Source of the DNA: Gemmatimonadota bacterium
Lineage (GTDB): Bacteria; Gemmatimonadota; Gemmatimonadetes; Palauibacterales; Palauibacteraceae
Direction: 5' to 3'
NCBI GenBank assembly: GCA_039584255.1
Contig: JBDGYE010000007.1
Coordinates: forward strand, 5,815-69,814
Length of the DNA stretch: 64,000 nucleotides
Positions 47,584 through 56,221 of the stretch are shown in pieces; position 1 is the stretch's first letter, and each line of letters starts with the position of its first letter. A program made the position numbers and the translations under genes. The notes under the pieces were generated by a model. That model was given only the letters and a program-made list of their open reading frames with translations. It had not been told where the DNA came from and did not search any database.

Positions 47584-48870
47584 TCAGGCAACGTCGGGCG
47601 CCGCATTCCACACCCCTCCCTTACCGTCACCGGCTCTGTCACTGCGGGCCCACCGGAGAGCCAGTGTGTCGCCCGGCCCGGCCTCCACCCAGGTTTCGTA
47701 GCGCTGGCCTTCCCGATTCAGGGTCTCCCGGATCCAGTCCACCTCCGCTCTGGAAGGTCGCTGCAGTCGGAATTGGCGTATCCGCATGGGCGACAGCCAG
47801 AAACGTACGAGCCGTCCTGTCGAGAGATGGATGACCGGGAAGTACAACAGCACCAGGTCGGCACGGAACTGCTCGTGACCAGAGATCCCCTCGTAGTCAT
47901 TGAGTAAGTCGCCGCAGCCATAGAGGATCGGGCGATCGTGGTGAATCTCGATTCCCCTGAAGTGATGAGACGAGTGCCCGTGCACAACGTCGACGCCGGC
48001 TTCGTCTATGAGCCGGTGGGCAAACTCGCGCTGGGCGGCCGGGACCTGGTAGCCCCAGTTGGAGCCCCAGTGGATCGAGGCAACCACGACGTCGCTTTCG
48101 ACCCTTGACGCGCCTATCCGCTCGGCGATGTGCCGCATGGTGGCGTGGGAGAGGTCGTCCAGGAGGTTCACACCCGGTAGGTCGTCTTGTGCGGCCCAGT
48201 CTCCGGGGATCCCACTCGTCTTCGTTCCGAACCCGAAGACGAGCACCCTGCGCTTCGCGCCGACCTCCATCACTGCCGGCGCGGCGGCGTCCTCGGCATC
48301 GAGCCCGACTCCTGCCGTCTCGATCCCGGCGGCTTCCAGCGTGTCCAGTGTTTCACGCAGTCCGGTGAATCCCCAATCGGCGACGTGGTTGTTCGCCAGC
48401 ACGCAGCAGTCGATGCCGGCCGTGGCGATACAGGGGACGTTCTCCGGGTGCATCCGGTAGTGGACGCCCTTCCCCCGCCAGTGCCGGTCGCTCGTCGTGA
48501 CGCTGGTCTCCAGGTTGATGATCCTCACATCGGGCGCCATTCGGTCGAGCTCTGCGAGGGCGTCCCCCCAGACATAGGAGTACTCTATCGGTGCCCGGAT
48601 CGGGCCGTTCTTTGCCTCTGCAAGCTCCACGTACCGGGTGGCCGATTGCACGTAGGGTTCGAAGAGACGCGGGTCGCTGGGATGGGGCAGGACCTGGTCG
48701 ATCCCCCTGCCGGTCATCACGTCGCCGCCGAGGAACAGGGTGAAGTGGTCGAGATTCGTGGGGTTCTTCTTGGGCTTCCGTGGACTCGACGGCCTGGGGA
48801 GTGTGCGCGGCGAGCCGGCCAAGGCAAAGGGCAGCGCTGCTGCCCAGGTGAGAAACCTCCTGCGGTCCAT
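47584..48870 (-). CDS. CapA-family (PGA_cap metallophosphatase-like) protein with Tat-like signal
   Basis: MDRRRFLTWAAALPFALAG, LGGDVMTGRG and LANNHVADWG motifs. Start is the ATG at 48870. Confidence 0.8.
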   Translation of the reverse strand: MDRRRFLTWAAALPFALAGSPRTLPRPSSPRKPKKNPTNLDHFTLFLGGDVMTGRGIDQVLPHPSDPRLFEPYVQSATRYVELAEAKNGPIRAPIEYSYVWGDALAELDRMAPDVRIINLETSVTTSDRHWRGKGVHYRMHPENVPCIATAGIDCCVLANNHVADWGFTGLRETLDTLEAAGIETAGVGLDAEDAAAPAVMEVGAKRRVLVFGFGTKTSGIPGDWAAQDDLPGVNLLDDLSHATMRHIAERIGASRVESDVVVASIHWGSNWGYQVPAAQREFAHRLIDEAGVDVVHGHSSHHFRGIEIHHDRPILYGCGDLLNDYEGISGHEQFRADLVLLYFPVIHLSTGRLVRFWLSPMRIRQFRLQRPSRAEVDWIRETLNREGQRYETWVEAGPGDTLALRWARSDRAGDGKGGVWNAAPDVA

Positions 48871-49028
48871 GTCGATGGCTGCGGCCGGTTCATCGCTGGG
48901 AGGGAGACGCTCATGGCCAACGTACCATCCCGCCCACAGCCGTGCGAGCAAGAAAACGGCCGGGCCTGGTACGGCCGTGGGCGCCACTGCAAGTCAGAGC
49001 CGCCCCCTGAATCGGAGGGACCGTCTGC

Positions 49029-51284
49029 TTAGGGGATCAGAGAGTCGGACGACGTCCCAAACCCGACGCTGTTCAACAAAGCCTCGAACCGCGGATCTCC
49101 GCGAAGGTTGTCCAGGAACGGATCCACGTTCAGGTAAATGAGGTCGCTCACGCCCTCATCACAGGCACGCTTCAGGCAGGAAAACGCCTTGTCTCTTTCT
49201 CCCAGGGACGCGTAGATGAGGGTGAAGGCATAAGGCGTGACGTACCGCTCCTTGGAGAGCTCCTTCAACTCCTCGACAACTTCGAGTACCTCGGCCCTCA
49301 TCCCGGCCAGGCCATACGCCCGTCCAAGCGCAGCCAGCTTCGCCCGATCTCCGGACAACTCCATGGCCTTCCGGGTCGCTTCGATGGCATCGGCGTGCAT
49401 CCCCTTCTGAGCGTAGGCCGAGCCCAGGGTCACATGAGCCCGAGTGAAGCCGGGGTCCATCTCGAGCACTCTCTCGTACTGGGCTATGGCCCGGTCGTAG
49501 TCTCGGGCCAGGTAGGAAAGCACGCCCAGATCCGTCATGGTTCCTAGCGAGACGGGGTCGAGATCGAGGGCCCGCTTGAGAGTAGCGATGGCTTCCTCCG
49601 ACCGCCCTCTCCCGGCAAAGAAGAACGCGTAGAACCGGTAGGCGGACGGGTTGTTGGGATTCAGCCCGATGGCTCGTTTGAACGCCCGTTCCGCCTCCTC
49701 CCAGGCAAACTCGTGCATCTTCAGGTGCCCTAATGAAGCGTGCGCCTCGCTCAACCCATCATCGAGCTCGAGTGCCTTCCGGACGGCCGCCCCTGCGGTG
49801 GAGAAGGCCTCCCTTGGCGAAATGGCAGAGTGCCCGGCATCTCCGAGACTGGCGTATGAATCGGCCAATCCGACGTAGGCGCGGGCGTAGGTCGGGTCCT
49901 CCTCGATCGCTGCCTGGAAGTGCTCGGTTGCCCTCCAGTAGGCCTCCGTGTTGCTCTTGTTCCAGTAGTACCGACCCTTCAAGTACAGGTGGTAGGCGTC
50001 GAGGTCATCCGTGCGCCGCTGGCTGAAAGCGACCCTGTCACCCTCGATCAGCTTGACCTTCAGCACGTCGACGATTGCCCGTGTGATCTCGTCTTGAACG
50101 GCAAAGACGTCGGCCATGTCGCGGTCATACTGTTCAGACCAGATGTGGTACCCGTCTTCGGCGTTGATCAATTCGGCAGTTATGCGTAGCCGATTGCCTG
50201 CCTTCTGCACGGAACCCTCGAGCACCGCGCCGACGTTCAACTCTCGTCCGATGACACGGGCGTCGGCGGGGCGGCCTTTGAAGGAGAAAGCCGAGGTGCG
50301 GGCGGCCACTCGGAAATCCTTGATGTGCGTCAAGGCGTTGATGAGGTCCTCGGAAAGGCCATCGCTGAAGTACTCGTTTTCAGGGTCAAGGCTGAGACTG
50401 GTGAACGGAAGCACAACGATCGACCTCGCTGGCGACGGTCCCTCTCCCCGAACCGGCATCCTCAGCGCGGCCGCAAACTCACTGGCAGCAGCGAACCGGT
50501 CGATATGCGTTTTGGCGAGAGCCTGGCGCACAGTCCGATCCACTGTGTCGGGAATCGACGAGCGCGCCGCCTTCAGCGAAGGAACCGGGTCCATGAGGTG
50601 ACGCGCCAGAATCTCCTGGCGATTCGAGCCCATGAAGGGTGGATGCCCTGCCAACATCTCGTACAACACACACCCGAGGCTATAGATGTCGCTGCGCCCA
50701 TCCAGACTACTGGTGCCGGTCGCCTGCTCGGGGCTCATGTAGGCTGGCGTGCCCACGGCGAGGCCTGTGACGGTGAGCCGGCCTGTGCCCGCCACCCCGA
50801 CCGCCCGCGCCACCCCGAAGTCGGCGATCATAGCGTGGCCGCGCGACAGCAGGATGTTCGCCGGCTTGATGTCCCTGTGCACCACGCCTTGCTCATGGGC
50901 GTAGTCGAGCCCATCGGCTACCTCGACCGCGATGCGCACGGACTCGTCTACTCCGAGCTGTTTCTCACGGCCCAAACACTCCCTGAGGGACTCCCCTTCT
51001 ACATAGGGCATGACGTAATAGAGCAGGCCGTCTGCCTCACCCGAGTCATGGAGCGGTAGGATGTGGGGGTGGTTGAGGCAGGCGACCGTTCGAATCTCCT
51101 TGAGGAAACGGTCAGGGCCCACCGTAGACGCGAGCTCAGGGCTCAGAACCTTGACCGCAACCTGGCGGCTGTGCTTGACGTCTTCGGCCAAGAAGACAGT
51201 TGCCATGCCGCCACGACCGATTTCCTGATCGACGGCGTACCTGTCCGCAAGGGCGGCTTGTAGGCGCTCCAGGAGGTGAGTCAT
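49029..51284 (-). CDS. Ser/Thr protein kinase with central domain and C-terminal TPR repeats
   Basis: IGRGGMATVFLA, VAVKVL, HRDIKPANILL, DFG and SPEQ motifs, then several TPR-like units. GGGAGGAG RBS before the ATG at 51284. Confidence 0.9.
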   Translation of the reverse strand: MTHLLERLQAALADRYAVDQEIGRGGMATVFLAEDVKHSRQVAVKVLSPELASTVGPDRFLKEIRTVACLNHPHILPLHDSGEADGLLYYVMPYVEGESLRECLGREKQLGVDESVRIAVEVADGLDYAHEQGVVHRDIKPANILLSRGHAMIADFGVARAVGVAGTGRLTVTGLAVGTPAYMSPEQATGTSSLDGRSDIYSLGCVLYEMLAGHPPFMGSNRQEILARHLMDPVPSLKAARSSIPDTVDRTVRQALAKTHIDRFAAASEFAAALRMPVRGEGPSPARSIVVLPFTSLSLDPENEYFSDGLSEDLINALTHIKDFRVAARTSAFSFKGRPADARVIGRELNVGAVLEGSVQKAGNRLRITAELINAEDGYHIWSEQYDRDMADVFAVQDEITRAIVDVLKVKLIEGDRVAFSQRRTDDLDAYHLYLKGRYYWNKSNTEAYWRATEHFQAAIEEDPTYARAYVGLADSYASLGDAGHSAISPREAFSTAGAAVRKALELDDGLSEAHASLGHLKMHEFAWEEAERAFKRAIGLNPNNPSAYRFYAFFFAGRGRSEEAIATLKRALDLDPVSLGTMTDLGVLSYLARDYDRAIAQYERVLEMDPGFTRAHVTLGSAYAQKGMHADAIEATRKAMELSGDRAKLAALGRAYGLAGMRAEVLEVVEELKELSKERYVTPYAFTLIYASLGERDKAFSCLKRACDEGVSDLIYLNVDPFLDNLRGDPRFEALLNSVGFGTSSDSLIP

Positions 51285-51406
51285 CGGCTCCTCCCGAGGA
51301 GCGAAGGGGGTGGGGCTGATCAATATAGGACGTCTAGGCTTAGGGCGCTCCTGAGGCGTGCGCCGGTGCGGGAACCTAGCAAGCCCGGGCACGTGTTGGA
51401 CAGCAC

Positions 51407-51874
51407 TCAGCCCGGAATGCGGCCTCGGCGTCGGAGCCACCACCTCAAGCAGCGATGACCGATGTCAACCGGCTCACAGTACATCAAGGGGCATCCGCCG
51501 ACGATGCACTGGATGTTACCCAGCTCGCACTCGCGAATGGCTGCGTCCGAGACACTGCCTGAACCGAACGAACGGTGAAACCACACCCGCTCGACGCCAC
51601 AATCGGCAGACTGGCGCACCAACTCAACCGAAGTATTGGGGTGCGTTGCGACGACCACCCCGTGGATGGACCCAGGGATGGCGTCCAGGCTGGGGTAAGC
51701 CTTGGCTCCCTCGACTTCAGAAGCGTTTGGGTTGACGGGAAACGTCTCGTACCCAGCATCTCGCAGCTTCCGGTAAACGGCGTTGGCGGCCTGGCTAGCG
51801 TTACGCGATACACCCGCGACAGCGATTCGGTTTCCGCTCAGGAACTCGGCGACAGGCTTTGGCAGGTCGTTCAT
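51407..51874 (-). CDS. CoA-binding-domain protein
   Basis: IAVAGVSRNASQAANAVYRKLRDAGYETFPVNP pattern (CoA_binding_2-like). Start at MNDLPK (51874). Confidence 0.7.
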   Translation of the reverse strand: MNDLPKPVAEFLSGNRIAVAGVSRNASQAANAVYRKLRDAGYETFPVNPNASEVEGAKAYPSLDAIPGSIHGVVVATHPNTSVELVRQSADCGVERVWFHRSFGSGSVSDAAIRECELGNIQCIVGGCPLMYCEPVDIGHRCLRWWLRRRGRIPG

Positions 51875-51990
51875 GCGACGCTCCCACGTGTTCTTGCGGC
51901 CAGCCTTGAGGCGTTGGAAGAGGCCCGGCATGTCATGGCTCGACCAAGCGGCGAGGAAGTCCCTTCCAGTTTACCATTCTGAGTAGGCTT

Positions 51991-52039
51991 CCGCCCGCCG
52001 CCGTGCAAGCGAGCGAAGCGCCCGGCGTGAAGCCCGGCG
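51991..52039. repeat. Post-ORF hairpin repeat family copy
   Basis: CCGCCCGCCGCCGTGCAAGCGAGCGAAGCGCCCGGCGTGAAGCCCGGCG. Confidence 0.65.
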
Positions 52040-52080
52040 TTTGATGGACACCTACAGGCAGTCCCCCGGTCGTCGTGGGG

Positions 52081-52311
52081 TCACGTTTTGTGCTCTGGAA
52101 TGCTGTACGCGTTAAGGATTGTCGGCTTTGTGGTGATCGTCCCTTCATTGTACAGCGGCATCAATTCGTCTCTGCGATCTCTCCTCTGGTAGTAGTTCAG
52201 CGCAGCTGCGCCGATTACATAGAGGCTTCCCACGACTACGGCACACCCCCCGCCTATGATTAAGGCAAGCTTACCGAGTATGAGCAATGCTTCTACGGTC
52301 TCTGGATCCAT
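52081..52311 (-). CDS. Small membrane protein (76 aa)
   Basis: One TM (LLILGKLALIIGGGCAVVVGSLYVIGAAAL). Lower-GC stretch. The hairpin repeat lies 40 nt downstream. Confidence 0.35.
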   Translation of the reverse strand: MDPETVEALLILGKLALIIGGGCAVVVGSLYVIGAAALNYYQRRDRRDELMPLYNEGTITTKPTILNAYSIPEHKT

Positions 52312-52377
52312 GTTACGACCCTCTTCCTCTGGCGCCCGGCGTGAACCGGGACGGGGATTCCTCCAAGAGGATGCCGT

Positions 52378-52551
52378 TCAGCGCCACTTCGCGCGGCGAC
52401 GCCAAAGCCAGATAAGTGAGAGGACGCCCAAGACTAGGACCAGCGTGCGCACGGGCAGCCCACCGATGGCTGACGCACTCAGGCCGAAGAACTCGAGCTC
52501 GACAGCCAGCCAGATGAACAGCAACCCCGCAATCAACAGCAGGAACGCCAT
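52378..52551 (-). CDS. Small two-TM membrane protein (57 aa, below the track cutoff)
   Basis: My own translation: MAFLLLIAGLLFIWLAVELEFFGLSASAIGGLPVRTLVLVLGVLSLIWLWRRRAKWR. Confidence 0.3.
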   Translation of the reverse strand: MAFLLLIAGLLFIWLAVELEFFGLSASAIGGLPVRTLVLVLGVLSLIWLWRRRAKWR

Positions 52552-52574
52552 GAGGTTAACAACTTAGCAGCTGA

Positions 52575-52616
52575 ACCCCCCGCCGTGCGAGCGAAAGCGC
52601 CCGACGTGAAACGGGG
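52575..52616. repeat. Post-ORF hairpin repeat family copy
   Basis: CCCCCGCCGTGCGAGCGAAAGCGCCCGACGTGAAACGGGG. Confidence 0.6.
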
Positions 52617-52709
52617 TGCTGGTGAACCGAACTCTTGAGCCGCTTTGCGCCCTCTTAAACCACCGCCCGGTCTACAAACGCTCCATCGCCGGCCTCGAAT
52701 CTGGCCGGG

Positions 52710-52862
52710 CTAATGCATTGCGTGATCGCAGCCAAACAAGAAATGACAGATCGGTATGACGTCGTGGAAGAGGCAGGAGGCCAGGAAGAACAGGATGATA
52801 AGGGCCAGCCCGGCGATTATCAGGCGATGATGTCGTTCCATGGTCGCGGACATGGCTGTCAT
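52710..52862 (-). CDS. Small Cys/His-tailed membrane protein (50 aa, below the track cutoff)
   Basis: My own translation: MTAMSATMERHHRLIIAGLALIILFFLASCLFHDVIPICHFLFGCDHAMH. GAGGTGG RBS 5 nt upstream. Lies 78 nt downstream of the CMD gene. Confidence 0.35.
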   Translation of the reverse strand: MTAMSATMERHHRLIIAGLALIILFFLASCLFHDVIPICHFLFGCDHAMH

Positions 52863-52940
52863 GATTACCACCTCGTCGTAAGAAGAGTGCTTGTTGCATC
52901 AGGCGTCTCGAAAGAATGCGCACGGCATTCGGGCCTAACC

Positions 52941-53342
52941 TCACCCATGCCATGGCTTTTCGTCCGGCTCCACCTGCAGGCCATCCAGGAGCTTGTTGAA
53001 TCCTGCGAACAGGTCGACGACGGACATCAGCTCGACGATACCTTCGTCGTCCAATCCCAACTTCCGCACCGCGGAAGTATGCACCTCAATTCAGTAGCGA
53101 CACCCGGACACGGCCGAAACGGCGACTGCGATGATCTCCCTGGTCAGGCGGTCGAGCTGGCCCGGCGCTGTCATGACCGCCTTCACCTTGTTCCAGTTCG
53201 CCTCGAGAAAACCGGGCCTCGGGGCCATGGCCCGGTACATGTTCGGGACGAAGTCGATTCCCAGAGTGTCTTTGATGTCCTCGTAGATTTCCTTGACCTG
53301 ACCAGTAGCGTCTTCTTCGGCAATCATCTCGATCGAGGCCAT
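52941..53342 (-). CDS. Carboxymuconolactone-decarboxylase/AhpD-like protein with in-frame TGA at the second active-site Cys (candidate selenoprotein, 133 aa if read through)
   Basis: Track ORF 53091..53435 ends ...AVSAVSGCRY-TGA. The same frame continues IEVHTSAVRKLGLDDEGIVELMSVVDLFAGFNKLLDGLQVEPDEKPWHG to the TGA at 52941-52943, reconstituting the family motif C-x-x-[C/U]-x-x-x-H. Start is the ATG at 53342 with a GGAGAGAG upstream. Confidence 0.6.
53060..53078 (-). promoter_or_regulatory. SECIS-like hairpin 12 nt downstream of the in-frame UGA
   Basis: mRNA sense ACUUCCGC-GGU-GCGGAAGU, a perfect 8-bp stem with the GGU apical loop 21-23 nt after the UGA. Confidence 0.5.
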
Positions 53343-53409
53343 CTTCTCTCTCCGGCCAGAACTTGCGGTTTCATCAACCTGGGTTGGTCCCGATCGCGCT
53401 ACGGTGAGG

Positions 53410-54060
53410 TCAACGTGTGCGCGCCGCAGGCGCACGGGCCTGCGCCTCTGCTCGGCTCTTGATGCCGAGAAGGCACTTCCGCATCATGATGAGTTCGAGA
53501 GCATCGACCAACAGCATCTGCACGATGGATGGCCGCGTCCATTTGTAGCGGACTCGCAGACGGCTCACCAAGCGTGTGTGCCCAGTGTCTACCTCGTACA
53601 GGCCCCACGCCCACGTAGCATTCGACCACTGACCCTCCACCCGGAAGACCCACAACATCGACTCTTCCCGGTTCATCTCCAGCACTTCGACATAGGAATC
53701 GGGCGCAACCGGAATCATGTCCCCGATCTTCAGGTCTTGATACTCGGGGATGATGCGCTCCGCGCTCGGGATTCCGCCGTTGTCGAGCCGATCGTAGCTG
53801 TAGAAGCCAGCTCGCTTGTAGCCCATCTGCAGAAGCCAGGGCCAGATGTCCTCCGGACGCGCTGCGACGGTGACTGCCCTTGTACCGTTGAACGACGGGC
53901 GTGCATTGAGCTCGTCCCCGAGCATTGTGCGACTGACCTCCTCGTCCGTTGCGCCCCATGTCAAATGCCAAGGACGGATCACGAGGAGGTACGCGACGAT
54001 CAATACAGCGAAGACAGCAACTGCGCCGAGCAGCAGCGTCTTGAGTTTTCTGCGCTTCAT
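53410..54060 (-). CDS. SRPBCC-superfamily (polyketide-cyclase/START-like) protein with N-terminal TM anchor
   Basis: MKRRKLKTLLLGAVAVFAVLIVAYLL anchor. RPEDIWPWLLQMG...GFYSYD pattern typical of SRPBCC family members. Confidence 0.6.
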   Translation of the reverse strand: MKRRKLKTLLLGAVAVFAVLIVAYLLVIRPWHLTWGATDEEVSRTMLGDELNARPSFNGTRAVTVAARPEDIWPWLLQMGYKRAGFYSYDRLDNGGIPSAERIIPEYQDLKIGDMIPVAPDSYVEVLEMNREESMLWVFRVEGQWSNATWAWGLYEVDTGHTRLVSRLRVRYKWTRPSIVQMLLVDALELIMMRKCLLGIKSRAEAQARAPAARTR

Positions 54061-54118
54061 CGCTGACCTCATTCACGAGGCCAAAGTCAGCAGAGCATGA
54101 CGGCCAATCCGCCGACGG

Positions 54119-54814
54119 TCAGTCGCTGTGCTCGAGGCGCCTCTCGCGGCGGTCGCGTGGCCGCTGGGTCGCGGACGTGGGCTCGATCCCGCTGATCCGG
54201 TTCTGGCGAGCGGAATTGCCGAACGGTTGCGCCACTAGCTCGATCGTCTCTGGGGGCAGGTTGGGCCGGCCGGCCGCGGCGGGACTCTCCGCCCTCGGCA
54301 GCGGGTTGCTCAGGGATTCTCCTTTGATCTTCTCCTGTATCATCATGATTCCGTAGATCAGGTTCTCCGGGCGTGGAGGGCAGCCCGGCACGTACACGTC
54401 CACCGGGATGATGGCGTCTACGCCCTGGACTATAGTGTAGTTGTCGAACATTCCGCCCGAGCTGGCGCAGGCGCCCATCGCGATCGCCCACTTGGGCTGC
54501 GGCATCTGGTCCCAGATGCGTCGTAACACCGGTGCCAGTTTGTAGGTGACTCGCCCACCTACGATCATGAGATCCGCGTGCCGTGGACTGTATTGCAGCC
54601 ACTCCATGCCGAAGCGGCCGATATCGAACCTCGCCGCGGAGGCAGCCATGCACTCGTTCACGCAGCACGCCGTGTAGAAGGGCATGACCCAGAGGGAGTT
54701 GCGGCGGGACCAGTTGACGACGCGGTCCAGCCTGCTAATCAGCCAGGGATAAGAGTCTATACGCCTCAGCGCGGCGTCGGATTCCAACTCGCCCGGGGCA
54801 GGGACGGTAAGCAT
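54119..54814 (-). CDS. Orphan NuoB-family (NADH-quinone oxidoreductase subunit B / hydrogenase small-subunit-like) protein with Arg-rich tail
   Basis: [26 protein letters not shown] and VPGCPPRPE supply all four N2-cluster Cys. No nuoA, nuoC or nuoD neighbours. About 70-aa disordered C-terminal extension. Confidence 0.75.
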   Translation of the reverse strand: MLTVPAPGELESDAALRRIDSYPWLISRLDRVVNWSRRNSLWVMPFYTACCVNECMAASAARFDIGRFGMEWLQYSPRHADLMIVGGRVTYKLAPVLRRIWDQMPQPKWAIAMGACASSGGMFDNYTIVQGVDAIIPVDVYVPGCPPRPENLIYGIMMIQEKIKGESLSNPLPRAESPAAAGRPNLPPETIELVAQPFGNSARQNRISGIEPTSATQRPRDRRERRLEHSD

Positions 54815-54817
54815 TCC

Positions 54818-54913
54818 CTAGAACCGCGCGCCCACACTCGCCACGAACTGCTCACCACTCTCGACCTCGATCTTTCCCTCGACGAACGGCTTTGCGATAC
54901 CGTGGCCGAACAT
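54818..54913 (-). CDS. Possible 31-codon micro-ORF immediately upstream of the NuoB-like gene
   Basis: MFGHGIAKPFVEGKIEVESGEQFVASVGARF. GGAGGA lies 8 nt before the ATG. The stop is 3 nt before the nuoB-like ATG. Confidence 0.25.
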   Translation of the reverse strand: MFGHGIAKPFVEGKIEVESGEQFVASVGARF

Positions 54914-55246
54914 CAGCCCTTCCTCCGCTTTACGTCTTCCCTGCGCCTTCGGGACCCGGACCAGTGGCGCCTGCTGAACGTGGTAACTCCAACACCGCGG
55001 CACAAGTTAGGCTGAGCTGCAATCGGGATGGGACAGCGCGCAGAAAGCGCAACTGCTCTCGCCCGACAGTGGCCGCTCACTCCTCCTCTCAAGCCCGCGA
55101 AAACCGGAAACGTACGTAACTCAGGAAAGCCTCGGCTGAAGGCTAGGGTTGTCGGGGGAGCCTCCAGGACAGTATAGAACCGTTGCCCGGGTAGGATGAA
55201 GTGGGCGGGCTTATCTGCCGGAGAGAGCTCCAGCGCGGTTGGGCTT

Positions 55247-55337
55247 GTCACCCCTTTGTCACCGACCGTTCTCAACCTGTTGAGACGACCACGTCCCAGA
55301 TGCACGAAAGCCCCGTCGCAAGAATCTACGGGAGCTT
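55247..55337. repeat. att-flank repeat, copy 1 (GGTGACA doublet + inverted repeat + hairpin)
   Basis: TGTCACCCCTTTGTCACC...TCTCAACCTGTTGAGA...CCCAGATGCACGAAAGCCCC. About 80% identical to 61021-61106. Confidence 0.7.
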
Positions 55338-55581
55338 CCAAGGGGAAGTCGGTCTGCGTGTTCTCGGAGAGGTCCCTCGGGTTGCCCCTGATCGTCCAGC
55401 TGTGCCGCTGGTTAGGTGGGTGTTTGTTCTGCTGGTGCTTCCGACCCTGGGCCAGGCGGACCAGGAAGGGCGGGACGCGGCGCTGCCGATTCACACAGCG
55501 GGAGCTTTGACTGCGGCTCCGGAACAGGTAACCTGGAGGCACCGGATTGCAGCGTGCAACGCACCGGCGCAGCAACGGCCC

Positions 55582-56076
55582 TTACTGCCCCTTACGCCTT
55601 TCCTTCCCAGATCGGCGTTCGCCTCTTCTGCGATCTACTCCTTTCCGCCTATCTGGAATGTCGATAGGTACCTGCTTCTTGCGCCGGTCCGTGCCCGAAC
55701 GGCGATCTCGCCCTCTGCGTCGGTCGCTACCCGACCGGGCTTGTACCTCAACACGCGCGTACGTCGTTTCGAACGCACCAATCCCCTGATAGCCGGGCCT
55801 AAGACCCGAGGCAACCTGATTCGTGATAATCAGGCCCTCCATCCTGGACACTTCAAACAGGTTCCAGCCGGGCGGAGTGGTTGGCGTGGAGTAGCCGCCT
55901 ATCTGGTAAGCAATCAGGAGCTCCTTTCCGGAAGCCGCAGCCCCATACGCATAGGGCTCTACCTGCCGGATTCCACCTTCGTAATGAAATCGAACGATAC
56001 GTCTTTCCTGGATTGCCTTGCAGACGCGTGAACGGAACTCGTCGCGACTCATCGTTGCACTCCCTTCGTACAGCAA
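55582..56076 (-). CDS. WYL-like small beta-barrel protein with C-terminal DRR-repeat Arg-rich tail
   Basis: RIVRFHYEGGIRQVEPYAYGAAASGKELLIAYQIGGYS....GWNLFEVSRMEGL pattern. Tail SDRRRGRDRRSGTDRR...PDRRKGVDRRRGERRSGKERR. Start at 56076 or 56052. Confidence 0.55.
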   Translation of the reverse strand: MLYEGSATMSRDEFRSRVCKAIQERRIVRFHYEGGIRQVEPYAYGAAASGKELLIAYQIGGYSTPTTPPGWNLFEVSRMEGLIITNQVASGLRPGYQGIGAFETTYARVEVQARSGSDRRRGRDRRSGTDRRKKQVPIDIPDRRKGVDRRRGERRSGKERRKGQ

Positions 56077-56221
56077 ACGTATCCGAGCCGGTCGCGCGGG
56101 CCATCTCTCAGGTGTGCTGCAAATGCGTGTGTAGCTTGCACTTCTGCGCCTCAGAAACGGGGAGAGGGTCCCTGCTTCTCTGAGTATGAATCATAACCAC
56201 ATCGATCGCTGAGCCAAATAG

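Noticed and set aside
54914-55581. 220-aa minus-strand ORF (54913..55575) and overlapping plus-strand ORFs
   Set aside because: The translations are not protein-like, the region contains the att-flank repeat, and there is no RBS. I treat it as a 670-nt non-coding stretch of unknown function. No known ncRNA signature was recognised.
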